A stretch of 60,750 nucleotides of DNA, counting the filler, from Sphacelaria rigidula (taxonomy: Eukaryota), in the NCBI GenBank assembly GCA_964200075.2. It is 8 parts of 8 records of this genome, joined end to end, with 100 filler letters (N's around TTAATTAATTAA, not from the genome) between each part and the next. Parts side by side here need not be neighbours in the genome. Positions count along the whole stretch, not along the records: positions 38,033 to 45,538 come from CAXNAA020014596.1; positions 45,639 to 53,144 come from CAXNAA020014597.1; 6 more parts are not named here. One strand, given 5' to 3'. The notes below the pieces were generated by a model, which had not been told where the DNA came from, ran no database searches, and worked only from the letters and a program-made list of their open reading frames with translations. Positions 38,033 through 50,228 of the stretch are shown in pieces. Position 1 is the first letter of the stretch; each line of letters begins with the position of its first letter. The position numbers were made by a program, and so were the translations under genes.

Positions 38033-40521
38033 ACAACGAGAAGCTGGGAATTCTCACGCTTGGGTTCGTTCTAGCCAATGCCGCCAATATCACATGCTTT
38101 ATGCAGCCTGAACCCGAACATCAGGCGATGTATGGCCATTTTTTTCGTGACACTTTTACCTGGTTCTGGGGGGGGGGCATCGTAGAAAGTGTTCCGACTT
38201 GTAGTAGCACTTGGGCATTGGGATGTCCGAGTCGCCGATGCCACGTGTTGGCCATCGATGTAGCCGTTGAGGTGGCACATGCTGCTTCCTTTCCCGTGTC
38301 CTGGATCAAAGAGGCACTGGATGCTATATTCGCTCTTTCAGGCGGCAGATTGGCGCCGGAGACGGTTAAAAACCGTTTTGAGTGCAGATGCTGTCCGGTG
38401 TGATAGCCAGATCCAAGTAGTACATGGTGGTGCAGGAGCTGTCCTGTTAAAGAGGCAGCTTGAAGTTCCCCATTCTAATGAAAAGAGAAATAATAAAAGA
38501 CCAATGACATCCTTCTTTGCACTGCTGTTCCTCCCGAGAACAGGTGACCACCCAGTCCTGGTGCGATGGTGCAGGGCAGCAGGACCTTGTGCTCGGCCCC
38601 GGTTTGGTCCCGTGTCACGACCTTCATTTTTGCTCTGCCGGTGCCGTGGAGTTTTCCCTTGCCGGTGACGTTGATGACGATCGGCGGATCGAACTTCTGA
38701 TACTCGATCATTCAGTGCTGAAGATTTGGAAGCAAGTCAGGGTCGACGAAGTGGTTGCTGGCGCCGGTGTCGACAGTCATGGTGAAGCGCGAAGGAGCAG
38801 CGGCGGTGTTGAGTCTGCTGGTGGCGACGAAGGAGTAACCCATTCTGGCAAGAGGTGAAGGGTCTGAAGGCGATGTATCTGAAGTCTGTTGAGTGGCAGA
38901 AGTCGCGGCAGTTGGAGTAGATGATCCGGCTGTGTTGTAGTGTCCTACCACAGTAGACTGCTGCCGAAATAACCCCCCCGAAACCGGCCAAAAACGTGCA
39001 CGGAGGCGATGATCATAACTGCCGTTACAACTGGTTTCGTGCCGCACGACGCGACTGATTTGGGCGTTATAGCTGATTTCGAACTGCTACACGTCTCTCA
39101 TGTGGGCAAAATAGCTGCAAACGAGCCCAATAGTGGGATCGCAGCCGGTTCGTTGGATGGTGCCGGTGCACTTTTTGTGGGGAGGCTATCTCGGCATTAG
39201 TCAGTAGTAGACCCCGGTGTCGCTGTTGCTGTGTGTGCTGCCGCGTTGGTGTTGTTGTTGTTACCGCCTTGTCCGCTGTTGTTGTTCACGCCTCCTTGTC
39301 CACTGTTGTTGTTAAAGCGGCCTTGTCCGCTGTTGCTGAAGCGTCCTTGTCCGCTGTCGCTGAAGCGGGATTGTCCTTGCTGCCGTGGTCCGCTGTTGTG
39401 ACGTGGTCCTCGGCCGCGCTGCCCTTGCTACCGCTGATCGTCAGGATCGTTGCCCCAGTGTTGTTACGCCTTTCAGGTCGAATTGTCGTGAAGACTGGTT
39501 TTGTGCAAGGAGCACCACCAGTTACTTTTTCCCCCTCCCTTGTTTCTTGTGCTCTTCTTGTTGTTTCGCTTCAAGCAGTTATTGATGTCATGGCCAGGCT
39601 TTTTGCAGCAGTTGCAGTATTTTGCCGTTGAGGCGGTCATCGCCGAGGTGCGACCCTTCGCTGCACGTGAAAGCCCGTTTTCTGCGACACGGTTTGCGAA
39701 CATGTTCCTCATGGTGAACATGGCGTCTTCAAGATTGAAAGTATCTTGCGATTCCGCCAGCAGTTGAATCTGGGCGTACTCGTCCGTCAGCACATCCAGG
39801 ATGATGTCCAGTATCTCGTCGTCCGTAGTCACTCGACCCATCTCCGCCAGTTCATCCCGCAACGAAAATAGCTCGTTGCAGAAGACGTCCGGGTCTTGAC
39901 CTTGCTGCATTCTCATGTTCGACAGCCGCTTGCCGTAATTCGACGCCGCTGGCGTGAAGGGTTCTTGTATTTTTCCGCCAGACCCTTCTAAGCGGCGATG
40001 CCGTTAGGCAAAATACCTGCTCTAGGCTTGTACTTAAGGAGAAAGCTTGCTGCCGGTCCTGCCGTACTCAAGAACAGGAAGTGGACCAGGGTCTTGTTAG
40101 CCATATGCCACTCCCCGATGTCCTCGACGTTCTGGACGTTGTCATCCATCTCCCACATCACAGAAGTAGGAGTCTCGCCGCTTGTTGAAGTCGGCTCATC
40201 TTGTGCAGGCTGCTGCTGTTGCTCGGGACGCAGTGCTGAGTCTTCTGCTGCATCCTTGTCTTCATCCCCTTTTTAATCTTCGATGCTTGAGGTTGCTTGT
40301 CTCTTGTGCTTGCCAGCTTTGCCCGTGGTCTTCTTGTAAATGGTCGGCGGACATGGTCTGCCGCCCAGAATGTCTGCAATGCCCGAATGTCGCATGCTGA
40401 TCACGGACTGTGCTGTGCGGGACCAGACATCGAAGTCCGTCCCGTTGAACTTTCCGCCAACAGCCTTGACGAGCTTGTTCCCTGCGTCCGCCGCAGCAGC
40501 ATTTGTCAATGGCTCCCCCAT
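38033..40521 (-). pseudogene. gag-pol: Disrupted Copia gag-protease-integrase(N) coding region
   Basis: ORF fragments 40273-40521, 39473-39916, 38712-39047, 38475-38711 and 38121-38309 carry successive Copia motifs. Confidence 0.88.
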
Positions 40522-41178
40522 GCTGCGGCGATCCTGCTGTTGTTGTTGTTGTTGCTGTTGCCGTCCGGGTAGATGCCGTGTACTCGTACAGCAGTCGTAC
40601 GATGACGTTGAAAACTTCCAAGAAGACCTGACAGTCCCTCAACAGAAGATGATGATGCACCCAGGTGTGAGATATCTACGGGTGTTGGCTGCGAATGCCA
40701 GTTGATAGGCTTGATGGATCCGAAGTCCTTGCCTCTTGCCTAGTGCTGCTAGAAGAACCTACCGAACTGATGATGTCGTAGCTGAAGACGACGTAGCTGA
40801 GTGTCGTTGCTGATGACGACGTATCTCTCTTTTCTCGCAAAACCTCTCACGCAACAAAATTGCGGAGGAATAGCTCGGAACTTGCCGATGCAATGCGGTC
40901 GATTGTCGATCTTGTTGATGACCGAAGATGCTCACTAGCGAGATGAGCGTGGAGAGGTAGTCTTGAGCTGACTCCGTTGAACTGCTGTAGGATGATGCCG
41001 ACGCGCCTGATCTTGATGGAGCTCCGTAGAACTTGAATTTGATTGACGGGAAAGGACTTGAAGTTCCCGTTGGTGCGATGTCCGTCTTTTGCTTGGAAGA
41101 GCGGTGCCGATTCCCTTGAGAGCGTGTTGATCGCTGACGACGCTGTGACTCCTTGCTCTGCTTAATGATGAAGCTCGA

Positions 41179-41189
41179 GGCTCATAACC
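41179..41189 (-). promoter_or_regulatory. Primer-binding site complementary to the tRNAiMet anticodon region (half-tRNA type)
   Basis: GGTTATGAGCC immediately after the LTR 3' CA. Confidence 0.8.
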
Positions 41190-41633
41190 TGAAGGAATAT
41201 GGCGTCACTCTTGATGGTGTGCCGATGTGCCAACTGTCTTCTGCAGCTTATGCAGAGGTGTAGAGAGTGACGGTTAAGTCACTTGACTTGGGAATAGAGA
41301 TGTTGAACTTGGCGCTTATGTGGCCGAAGACGCTAACTCATGGAAGAGAAGAGTATGAGAAGAGAAGTAGTAGAGGAGTGATCAGGTGGGCGAGCACCAA
41401 GTGTGCGAGCCTACCGATCAGCTAATGAACTTCCAGAACTTCCACACGTCTAGAACACTCGCGGGATATTACAACCGATAACTCCCGATTAATCCCCCCC
41501 GTTCTGGAAACATTATGTACCGCAGAATATACCGCAGGCTATTTCTGGAACAGTCAAATGATTTCTCACTTGTTTACGATAACCTACGATAGATAGTAGT
41601 CGTTACCAATGACTGACATTGAATATTCCAACA
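41190..41633 (-). repeat. 5' LTR of the Copia element (444 bp)
   Basis: TGTTGGAATAT...ATATTCCTTCA imperfect 11-bp inverted termini, abutting the PBS. Confidence 0.85.
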
Positions 41634-41922
41634 AGACCGCCCCAGGGCATCTTCACGTTTTCGGTGAGTCACGGTTCTGTTTTTGGCCATAACAACTTGT
41701 ATTTTCGAACCCAAGCGGTCAAGTTATCAATGAAACTGGTAATATCCTCCCTGTCTTTTGATATCTTGACCGTTTGTTGTTTGAAGATGCAAGTTTGACC
41801 AAAACAAAACTGTGACCTACGGAAAACGCACAGGTGCTATGGAACGGTCTCAACGAGTAGAGCGCAAGTTATTCCAAGGTGTCAACATTTGCCCAATCCC
41901 CTTTACGGGCGAAAAACGGCGC

Positions 41923-42102
41923 AGAATGAAAAAAAAAACACTTTTCAGCGAGTTGTGTTTTTTACACATAAGAAGTGACCTGAGGGTAATCTCTGGTTTC
42001 GGTTCCCGTCATAGAATGAAAAAAAAAACACTTTTCAGCAAGTTGTGTTTTTTACACATAAGAAGTGACCTGAGGGTAATCTCTGGTTTCGGTTCCCGTC
42101 AT
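41923..42102. repeat. Near-perfect 90-bp tandem duplication
   Basis: AGAATGAAAAAAAAAACACTTTTCAGC...GGTTCCCGTCAT twice. Confidence 0.9.
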
Positions 42103-43357
42103 ACCCTAAGTGCCTATGTTTGTGGATCGTTACGCCATGTTGGAGTTTGCGCATTGCCAGAGGATAGCGGACGTGTACAGATTTTGTCGCGTACATTGCA
42201 AAGCCCTCCCTCGACGCCGAGGGGAGCGGCGCCAACGTATCGAGAAAACGCTGGCACGAACTCGACGAGACGAGATGTTTTATAGCGAGCGCGGTGATCG
42301 AGGTCGAGTACCACTAATGGTAGTTCGGGCAGTTCGAAATGCTTGCCGGAAGCGTCGGCCGAATACCATCGGGTTTGTTTTTTGGCACATCCTTCTAGGC
42401 ATTGCCGCTGCGGTGGGCGCAGGAGCGGCCACTCTTCGAACAAGATTGGAGTTCCTCGGAGCACAGCTCGAGGCCGAGGGTGTTCTGTCAGATAATCCGT
42501 CCGGCAATAATAGTAGTGGCGGGATTGGTGAGTGGATCACATCCTGTGCCCCGATTTTTCCAACGCCAGCACGAAATTTATCAGAGTGTTGAGAGGACTT
42601 TGTCGCCAAGACGCGACCGAAGCACGAAGAGGCGGTGAAAACGATTCATGGGGGAATCAAGGATGGGCCTACACAAAATTAGCCGTTGTCGTTTCGAGCA
42701 TAGATTTGCTTTTTAGAATTCAGCGTTGGACACGTCCGTACTGGTGACGATGCAGTGTATAAGACGCTGCGGCAGTACAAATCAGCGGGTGAGTCGGCGC
42801 GGGGAGGCAGCATTGCGTCCATAGAAAGAGTTGATTCGTTGATATTTGCATTGTTTCTCCAGCCGTCTTACTTGGAGCACTGCCTTTGCATGATTGCAGG
42901 ATATTTCTGCGGCATGCTACTATCGGGCTTCCGGAAAAAGAAGTAACACTCGATTACATATTGTCCGTACGACATACGTTTAGTGGTGACACAGTCGGTT
43001 GCATGACACACCAAAAAGTTACAGAATTGTTAATCGCCTGCCGTTTGAGAATTAAGGCTCTCGAAATACCCGGTACGTGAACAAGTATACGTTTCCCGAC
43101 TAGTCCTTTCCGGCGACAGCACTCGAATGTTATCCCCAGATTAGCCGTGGAAGGGTCAATACGAACGGTACCGTTGTCATTCTAGAGACACTGAGATTAC
43201 CTAGCAGGAAACGTTTTCTTCAATGCATCACTAAAGACATGCGCGGCCGCCTCGAGTCTCACCCCCAACCTTGCTGCCGGCGCAAACCGATACTTACCCT
43301 GTCGATAGGTTCGAGCGCACGAAACTCCCTAGTGTTGAGCATATTCTTTGCATCAGT

Positions 43358-43438
43358 ACCGGCGAGAGATGGGTTGATCCCTTGAGGCCACGGACTCGGG
43401 CCGAGGAAGGCAAGGGGTTCAAAGTGCGACAAATAAAA

Positions 43439-43497
<59 letters not shown>
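43358..43497 (+). mobile_element. Family B-like SINE 3' fragment with (TAC)n tail
   Basis: TTGATCCCTTGAGGCCACGGACTCG...GGTTCAAAGTGCGACAAATAAAA then a (CTA)n microsatellite. Confidence 0.75.
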
Positions 43498-45638
43498 ATG
43501 ATAACAGTGAAAATATCAATGACTAATAATATCAGCACCTTTCTTTCGTCAAACTTACGGTAGAGTACTACTGGTCGTTAGAGACACCGGACAATGGGTC
43601 ATCTGCATTATGCTCTGTTGCACTTGGTTGTGGTGTTTCCTTGAACGGGATTTTGGCAGCTTAGGTACTCTTCCGAGAAAATATCAAGAATTGGAACGTG
43701 TGATGGCACGGAATGAACAGTTGTACGCTGTGAGTAATTTCTTGACAACCAACTCTCGAGCCTACTCTTATGTACTATATTTCAAGCAACCCATCACTAG
43801 TACCCAAAGCCTCACTTGATAGGTGCGCATCCATCGCTTCTCGCGATGTTTCACGTGATTCAACACTATGATTCGTCCTGGAGCACAAATTCACCATGGT
43901 TTCCGCGTTGGGGTGTGCACACTACCCCTTAGACCTATCCCCAAGCCTAGATCTAGCCCCAGTTGTAGTATGATATCTTCTATAGTTAGTCCCCGATCCT
44001 ATCTCGAACCGTGCATGATTGATCATTCTCCAGGTAGGATGGAGGCGACGACGGGGACGGTTCGAAAACTCGACGCACGGAGGACGGAGGCAAAACGGTG
44101 AGCGGGAATTCTTTGTCTACCAATTGGCAGTAGTTGCGCAACATGTGTAGGACGGTACTAATGCCATAACTGGCGACGATAACGTGAAGCTAAACGCGAG
44201 GGGAAATCAAATCTTTCTGGTTCAACTTCACACGGGAGAGTGACACGATTGGAAAACGCGTGCCAGAATTTTTATTTTCCACAATTTTAATGGTGTAGCA
44301 GGGTAGTACATTGTTACACGCATGGTTAGCTGCTTGATTTAACGAGTACTCCGACCACAGTTCTGTCACTTACGCTAGAATATGTTCCCCAAGAAACAGG
44401 TTAGCACACCGCGTGGAGGCGCTGAAGCGGGTGGAGCGATCGCTTCTCAACTGCAAGCGGCTGGGTAACCCAAATCTGCTGCAGGTATCTATGGCGAAGC
44501 CCTGGGTATTTCATATTTGTCTAGTATTGCTGATCTGGCCCAACGGTCTCTTTTCTGAGCCCGTGCTTTCTTGGAATCATTTACATTGCATCGTTGCTGA
44601 ATTATAGTATTAATGCTATATTATACAGAGTAGCCACCAAATGAAGTGTATTCATATGGCGTGTTTGGGATTGTCTGAAATACTCATCTCGGTCGACCAC
44701 ACAAGGCCATCGCTCATTTCGCCTTATCCCTGTGATGCTTAGTCCTGTTTTATTACTGCTACTGACGGCAGCACTGAAGAACCGCAAAACGCCGATCACA
44801 TTGAGTCTGTCAGACTTGTAAGTAGAGTTACAACCACATTATCTTGATCGTTCTCATGCTTGTTTTAATGAAATGAGTGATTCCGCGATTTGAGGGCGGT
44901 CTTCCAACTCGCGTGTTGCGCGACGGAGCCAATATAGAAATCCGCTGCAAGCACTAGACTTAAAACGGAGGGAGACAAGTCAATATAGTCATGGCCAAAA
45001 ATGTTCTGACCCCAAACAACATCAGACGAAGTGCGCAGACGGGAGGCAAACTGGATGAACACCCACACGGTGGAGCACCCACGTGCAATCAAAAAGCAAG
45101 AGACCCAACATTTCGGTAGCACTACTGTGAGATGCAGCTGAGACGCTGGTGGGCACAACATCATCGCCAAAGATAAACCAAATGGGTTTCGAGTAGAGAA
45201 CGTCTAGAAGAACGTGTCCAGGTCTATAAGGTCCTAACGACGTTCGGGTGAAAAAAACAGTACACATCCACCTGGGGCACCCTCGTTATGTAGGAACCTC
45301 AGCCCTTCAGTTCAGACTCGCGGTCAATCGACAGTGGTTTTTAACGCATCGAGGGCCGACAATTGGTTCCAAGATCACTATAAAAGTCGACATGCCCCAC
45401 CCAAGTAATTAGCATCGAATATATCACTTTGCACGTGAGAACTCACAAACATACATGTACGGACTCCCCCCCCCCGTTGGCCTAGTCCGGCGAGAACCCG
45501 GCGTGCTCCGTCCCGGCTTTGTAGGGGCGGACCCCCGANNNNNNNNNNNNNNNNNNNNNNNNNNNNNNNNNNNNNNNNNNNNTTAATTAATTAANNNNNN
45601 NNNNNNNNNNNNNNNNNNNNNNNNNNNNNNNNNNNNNN

Positions 45639-45712
45639 GGGATCGCAGCCGGTTCGTTGGACGGTCTCCGGTGCACTGTTTGTGGGGGGGCTATCTCCGC
45701 ATTAGTCGGAGT
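45639..45712 (-). mobile_element. Short Copia fragment related to 39135-39205
   Basis: GGGATCGCAGCCGGTTCGTTGGA..CCGGTGCACT..TTGTGGGG..GCTATCTC..CATTAGTC shared. Confidence 0.7.
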
Positions 45713-46173
45713 AACAACGTAACAAGGGTCCACAAATTAGGTGTCGTCAGCAGCTCTGAGACAGTTTTCAGAATGTCTCCCCTGAAGGTGCGTGGTCGAA
45801 GTGGAGCACATCTGCTATTTTTCTCCCACCTCCCTTGATCCTTATGCGGCTCTTTCGACGATTGATTGTATCTGGGTGTTCGTAGTCTTCGGTGTATGCA
45901 GGAAAACAGAGGCACGATTTTGTCCCAGGGGCACATTTCCAGAGTATCGACGACACACAGAAATATCTATCAATACACATACTCTCCCCTCCGTGCGTGC
46001 TGTCCTCAGAACACGCCCGTCGCTTGGGAGAAGCCGCGTCCATATTCCCCCCGGTTCCTGTCTCACGCTCCATCTACGAAGATCGTCTCAGCACACCCGC
46101 CACCTGTCGACTATCGTATATGTATACATACATATCACCGCGGTTGTATTGCGTGTATGCGTTCGACGCGTAG

Positions 46174-47369
46174 GTGGACCGGACATCGAATCGGCAGAGA
46201 TGGACGCCTTAATGGACGAAATTCTGCACGTTCCGTCCAGCACGTCCAGCCGTCACAACAGCCCCAGCCTCAGCATCGTCGAGGACCGCGGAAGCCGCAG
46301 TTCCCCGCCTGCGGATAGTGAGGACAGCAGGTGGATTGAAACGCCACGCACCGGAAGAAAGGGGTATTCTTCCACGGCAGGGATTGTAGCGGCTAATCGG
46401 AGGCGTTCTTCCACGTCAGTCAACTCCAGCATGACTCGTAGGCGAAGTGGATCCATCGCTCCCGATACCGGCAACCAGGCGGGAGGCACAGCGACAGCAG
46501 CAGCACATCAACAACATTCTCCCGGGACATTTAATGGCGATACCGCGGGGAGGGGGGCTGGAGGCGAAACGAATGGCGGTGAATGTCGGAGGAGATCTCG
46601 AGGCACAGATGACGATAGACGGTTGAGCCATCACGCCCGCAGTAGCGCTGGTAGCGCTGGCGGGAAACGTTCGAAGGTTAGCGCTGAGCGAGGCAATCAC
46701 GGGGCAAGCGCCAATGCGCTGAAGATGGGACAACGCGGCTCAAACCAGCTTCGTCCAACCGAGGTCTCCCCGAGCACCGCCACCAGTGGGGAAGGGAGGC
46801 CGTCTTCACGACAATACGCGGCCAGTGGCGTCAATGCCGATCATGCTGTGGTAGGATTCACGCACCCAGGCAATCGTCTCAATCGCGGAGGGGAGGTACC
46901 GGGTGATGGCCGTGAATCGAATGCTGCGGTGAGGGGGAATAGGAATTCAAGTGCAAATCCGAATGCGTCGAGCACAAGTGATGCCCCAACGGCCGAGAGA
47001 CATTCCCTGGCTAATGTCATCCCCCGAGTAACAGGCAAGAGCTTAATGGGCGTGGCGATGCGTACAAGGACGGCACCCGCGAAGAAGGACAATGCACACG
47101 AGGCGGAGGTGGCCGGGGCGGGGGGGGGAGGGCCAAAACGGGGAAGCGCGAATGCACATCGCGCTACGCCCAACAAGCCGAGAAACTCGAATGGTAATCT
47201 TGCTCGGAGGAAACTGCGGGAGAGCTTCACCATACGAAATAAAGCGGCAGCGGCTGCTGCAGACCGAAGCAGGGATGAGGCCGAGGCAAATGCCGAGGCG
47301 GATGCGCTGAAAGAAGAGGGCTCTATGAGCACCTGGACTCTCGAGTTTCACGACGCTATATTGGAAGAG
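46174..47369 (+). CDS. Large low-complexity exon of a host membrane-protein gene
   Basis: Part of the 649-aa ORF; Ser/Gly/Arg-rich; ends ...STWTLEFHDAILEE|GTAAAT in phase 0; 5' boundary (TAG| at 46173 or ATG at 46200) uncertain. Confidence 0.7.
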
Positions 47370-49479
47370 GTAAATACTGCTACTACTGCTGCTGCTGCTG
47401 CTGCTACTACTACTATTACTACTACTACTACTACTACTACTACTATTAACAATAATACCGAACAGGGAGAAATAGCACGAACGAGGAAACACAGATACTG
47501 TAGCTTGAGGCGCATACGTAGTCGTTCGCCTGAACAGGGAGTAGATACGACTGTTCAGATTGCATTCTACACCGCAACAAGCCATCCCCGACTCCGAAGG
47601 AAATGTAACAAAAGAAAAGCGAACACTCGCAGATTTTGGAGTAATATTCTGACGGGAGTATACCTTTTCCCTTCTTTCACTGGACAGCATTCGAGTAATT
47701 GTGGGAGGATGCGATGCGTCGGAACTCTAGGACCTCGTTGATACTTTTCTGCAAACCACGAAATGTACCATGCCACGATGTACACTAAACCGGGATTGAG
47801 ATACATAAATACCTGCATTGCAGGAAAGGTCATCATCCAGTAGATATTCGACAGAAAAAGATTTGCTCAGCCACGACCAATGTTGGGAATGAAGAAGGTG
47901 GTGGTGATGGCATGCCAGCTCTTCGGAAAGCCTTCAACGCTGTGTTTTTTTCTCCTGCAATAGTTGCAGTGCCAGCGCTTTTCGGTGGGTGTCCTGATAG
48001 GTGATGACACACACACGCGTTTGGCGGTGTGTGTGTGTGCGCGCGCGCGTGTGTGTTTGTTTCATACGCAGCGCGGAGTCGTCGAACACCTGCATCGAAA
48101 ATGTGCTGGTTTACAAATAGGGTAGACACGGGTGAATGCTACATGACAGACCGCAAGGCAAAAATACATGGCCGATGGGATGGTGGCGATTCTCGAACGC
48201 GAGCTTGCAATGCCACACGAGCCAAGTCAGTCGTAAATGAATATTAATTGACCGCCAATGCGGGTTCTCGCGCAAAACCTTCCGCTTACGACGCACTTTG
48301 TCGCCGCGTTTGTACTGACAAAGAAGCAAAACGGATACACGGCAACGAACGCATCATCTCTTTTTTACTGCAATTAAAGATAGCAGCCAGTAGCAGTGTC
48401 GGAGTCATCGCGCGCTACAATAAGGCTGATTAACTTCTCTCCGCCGACCCAACGTATACTATTGTTTTCAGCGTTGAGTCAGTGTGCAAAAGGAATATAG
48501 CCGTTTTGGCTTGAAACGTTTTTTTAGTTTGTTGGGTCAGCTGTAACAAGGTGCACAAGTGGCGGATGACAGTACTTGGTACGTGCTATTTTTGATAGGT
48601 GTCCCCTTATGAGAGACGAGATTCCGGAATTCCACGAGCCACAATACGACCACGCTCTCTCCGCGAAGTAGCCCCGCATACGCCCCGCCGTGGTACATGT
48701 CTGGTGCTTGTATCCGATGCCTCCGCCCACGATCATTTCAAAACAGCGTTTGCTCACAGGCTTCATGCTTGAACAAGCGATGCACAAATATCTCGTGCAC
48801 TTCACGAGCATTGTTTTTTTGAAGTTGTATGCTAGACATTGAGGAGGGGGGGGGGAGAGAAACTATTAATGGTTTGCCGTTCTAGGCCTGTTGTTTTGCG
48901 ATCTGCCAGCTACATGTTGCCTACTACATATATGGAATCGGCATCAGTGTGTGCCTTATTGAGATGTGTTGCCACCACGCCTCCTTTAGCATCAGGTAGG
49001 CAGCTGCGCTAGTTGCTCCCTAGAGTCCTATCATGCGATAGCGACAGTATTGATGCGATGGTGTTTCCCGCGCCGTGCAAGGCGTTCCACTTCCCTCGTT
49101 GACGTACCCAACCTTGCCAACAATCCCCATAGGTCGGGATACGACCTCAGATCCAGATGATATCTGCATCTACTTTCATGAGGCGGGCATCATCTCGGCA
49201 AAGTGATAAGATTACTTCCCATTGTGTCCATGGCCTCTTTGTCGAATGCAGGAGCTGAGCCGTGCGTCTTGTGCCGCCACTCACATTTCCCGACAAGACC
49301 TGAGCAGTAGCAATACATTTGTTCGTTTTTTCGCCGTGCTTCTCAACCACCTATCCCACCCACCCCCGCAGGACGGGGTAGTAGGCTTCATGCGATCAGC
49401 TCATCTCTTTCCGAGTATTCATTCTCCTGAAACAATTTTTCGTTCATTGGACCAGCGTTGTGGTGACATCTGACAAGAT

Positions 49480-49519
<40 letters not shown>

Positions 49520-49832
49520 ACCACCACAAACCACCATAACAACAAAACAAAACAANNNNNNNNNNCATTAAACAATTTTTCATTTTTTGGACGTCGTTGT
49601 GGGTGGCCTCTACCAACACCCCCCCCCCCCCCCCCCCCCCCCCCCCCTTGTGAATTGATCATGAGTACACCCCCTCGTGAATCATGACTATGGCATGCAT
49701 GATCATGAGTACACCCCTCGAGAATCCGCATGGGATATTTCAGTATATGTATAGATATATAGATTAATCTGACCCCCCGGACACTACCAAGCGTTGACGT
49801 CTAACCGTTACCCTCAACACGCCTTTCAACAG

Positions 49833-50075
49833 TCATTTCGACGGCATTACCGATCGTGGGTTATCCCGAGGATTCGGGTGGGAGTCCAGATCCAGATGGC
49901 TCTGAATCTGCTATTTGGGGCGCTGGAGGTGGTGTTTGGCTACACATCGGGGGCTATGATGCCGGTGCTGCTCCTGAGGCTGGCAATCTTGGTGAACCTG
50001 ACGTATTTCTCGTACAGGACAATGGACGAGAAGTCCCATAGGATTATGGACCCGTCCACACATGGGTGTTACATT
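49833..50075 (+). CDS. Next exon with transmembrane segments
   Basis: CAACAG|...|GTGAGT; SFRRHYRSWVIPRIRVGVQIQMALNLLFGALEVVFG...LLLRLAILVNLTYFSY; in phase with the previous exon. Confidence 0.75.
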
Positions 50076-50108
50076 GTGAGTAATCGATTACTCCTCCTAC
50101 CATTCAGT

Positions 50109-50228
50109 TTGATTGATTGATTGATTGATTGATTGTCGCACTTTAACTGACCCCCCAGGTAGTCATGATCCAGCCGTGGTCTCATGATAGACGTACGTAC
50201 CCAAGAAAAACGAAACTGAAACACGCTC
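50109..50228 (-). mobile_element. Family A retroposon 3' end (reverse orientation)
   Basis: (GATT)n-GTCGCACTTTAACTGACCCCCC...CCAGCCGTGGTCTCATGATAGACGTAC. Confidence 0.8.

Larger units (their letters stand above)
38033..41633 (-). mobile_element. Ty1/Copia LTR retrotransposon, degenerate 5' part
   Basis: LTR, PBS, gag (KFNGTDFDVW; GQDPDVFCNEL; CNCCKKPGHDINNC), protease (VDTGASNHF), then pre-integrase WHRRLGHP, i.e. Copia order; multiple stops and frameshifts. Confidence 0.92.

Noticed and set aside
22821-41633. Functional linkage of RT-encoding elements with the FNIP or ankyrin genes (DGR-like system)
   Set aside because: They lie on different contigs; the RT is an ordinary Gypsy-type enzyme; no template/variable repeat pair with adenine-specific differences was seen
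42110-42750. Possible decayed transposase (SVERTLS resembles the hAT dimerisation motif)
   Set aside because: A single weak motif in broken frames
47370-47741. C-terminal poly-Ala/Thr part of the 649-aa ORF
   Set aside because: Follows a good splice donor and is microsatellite, so most likely intronic
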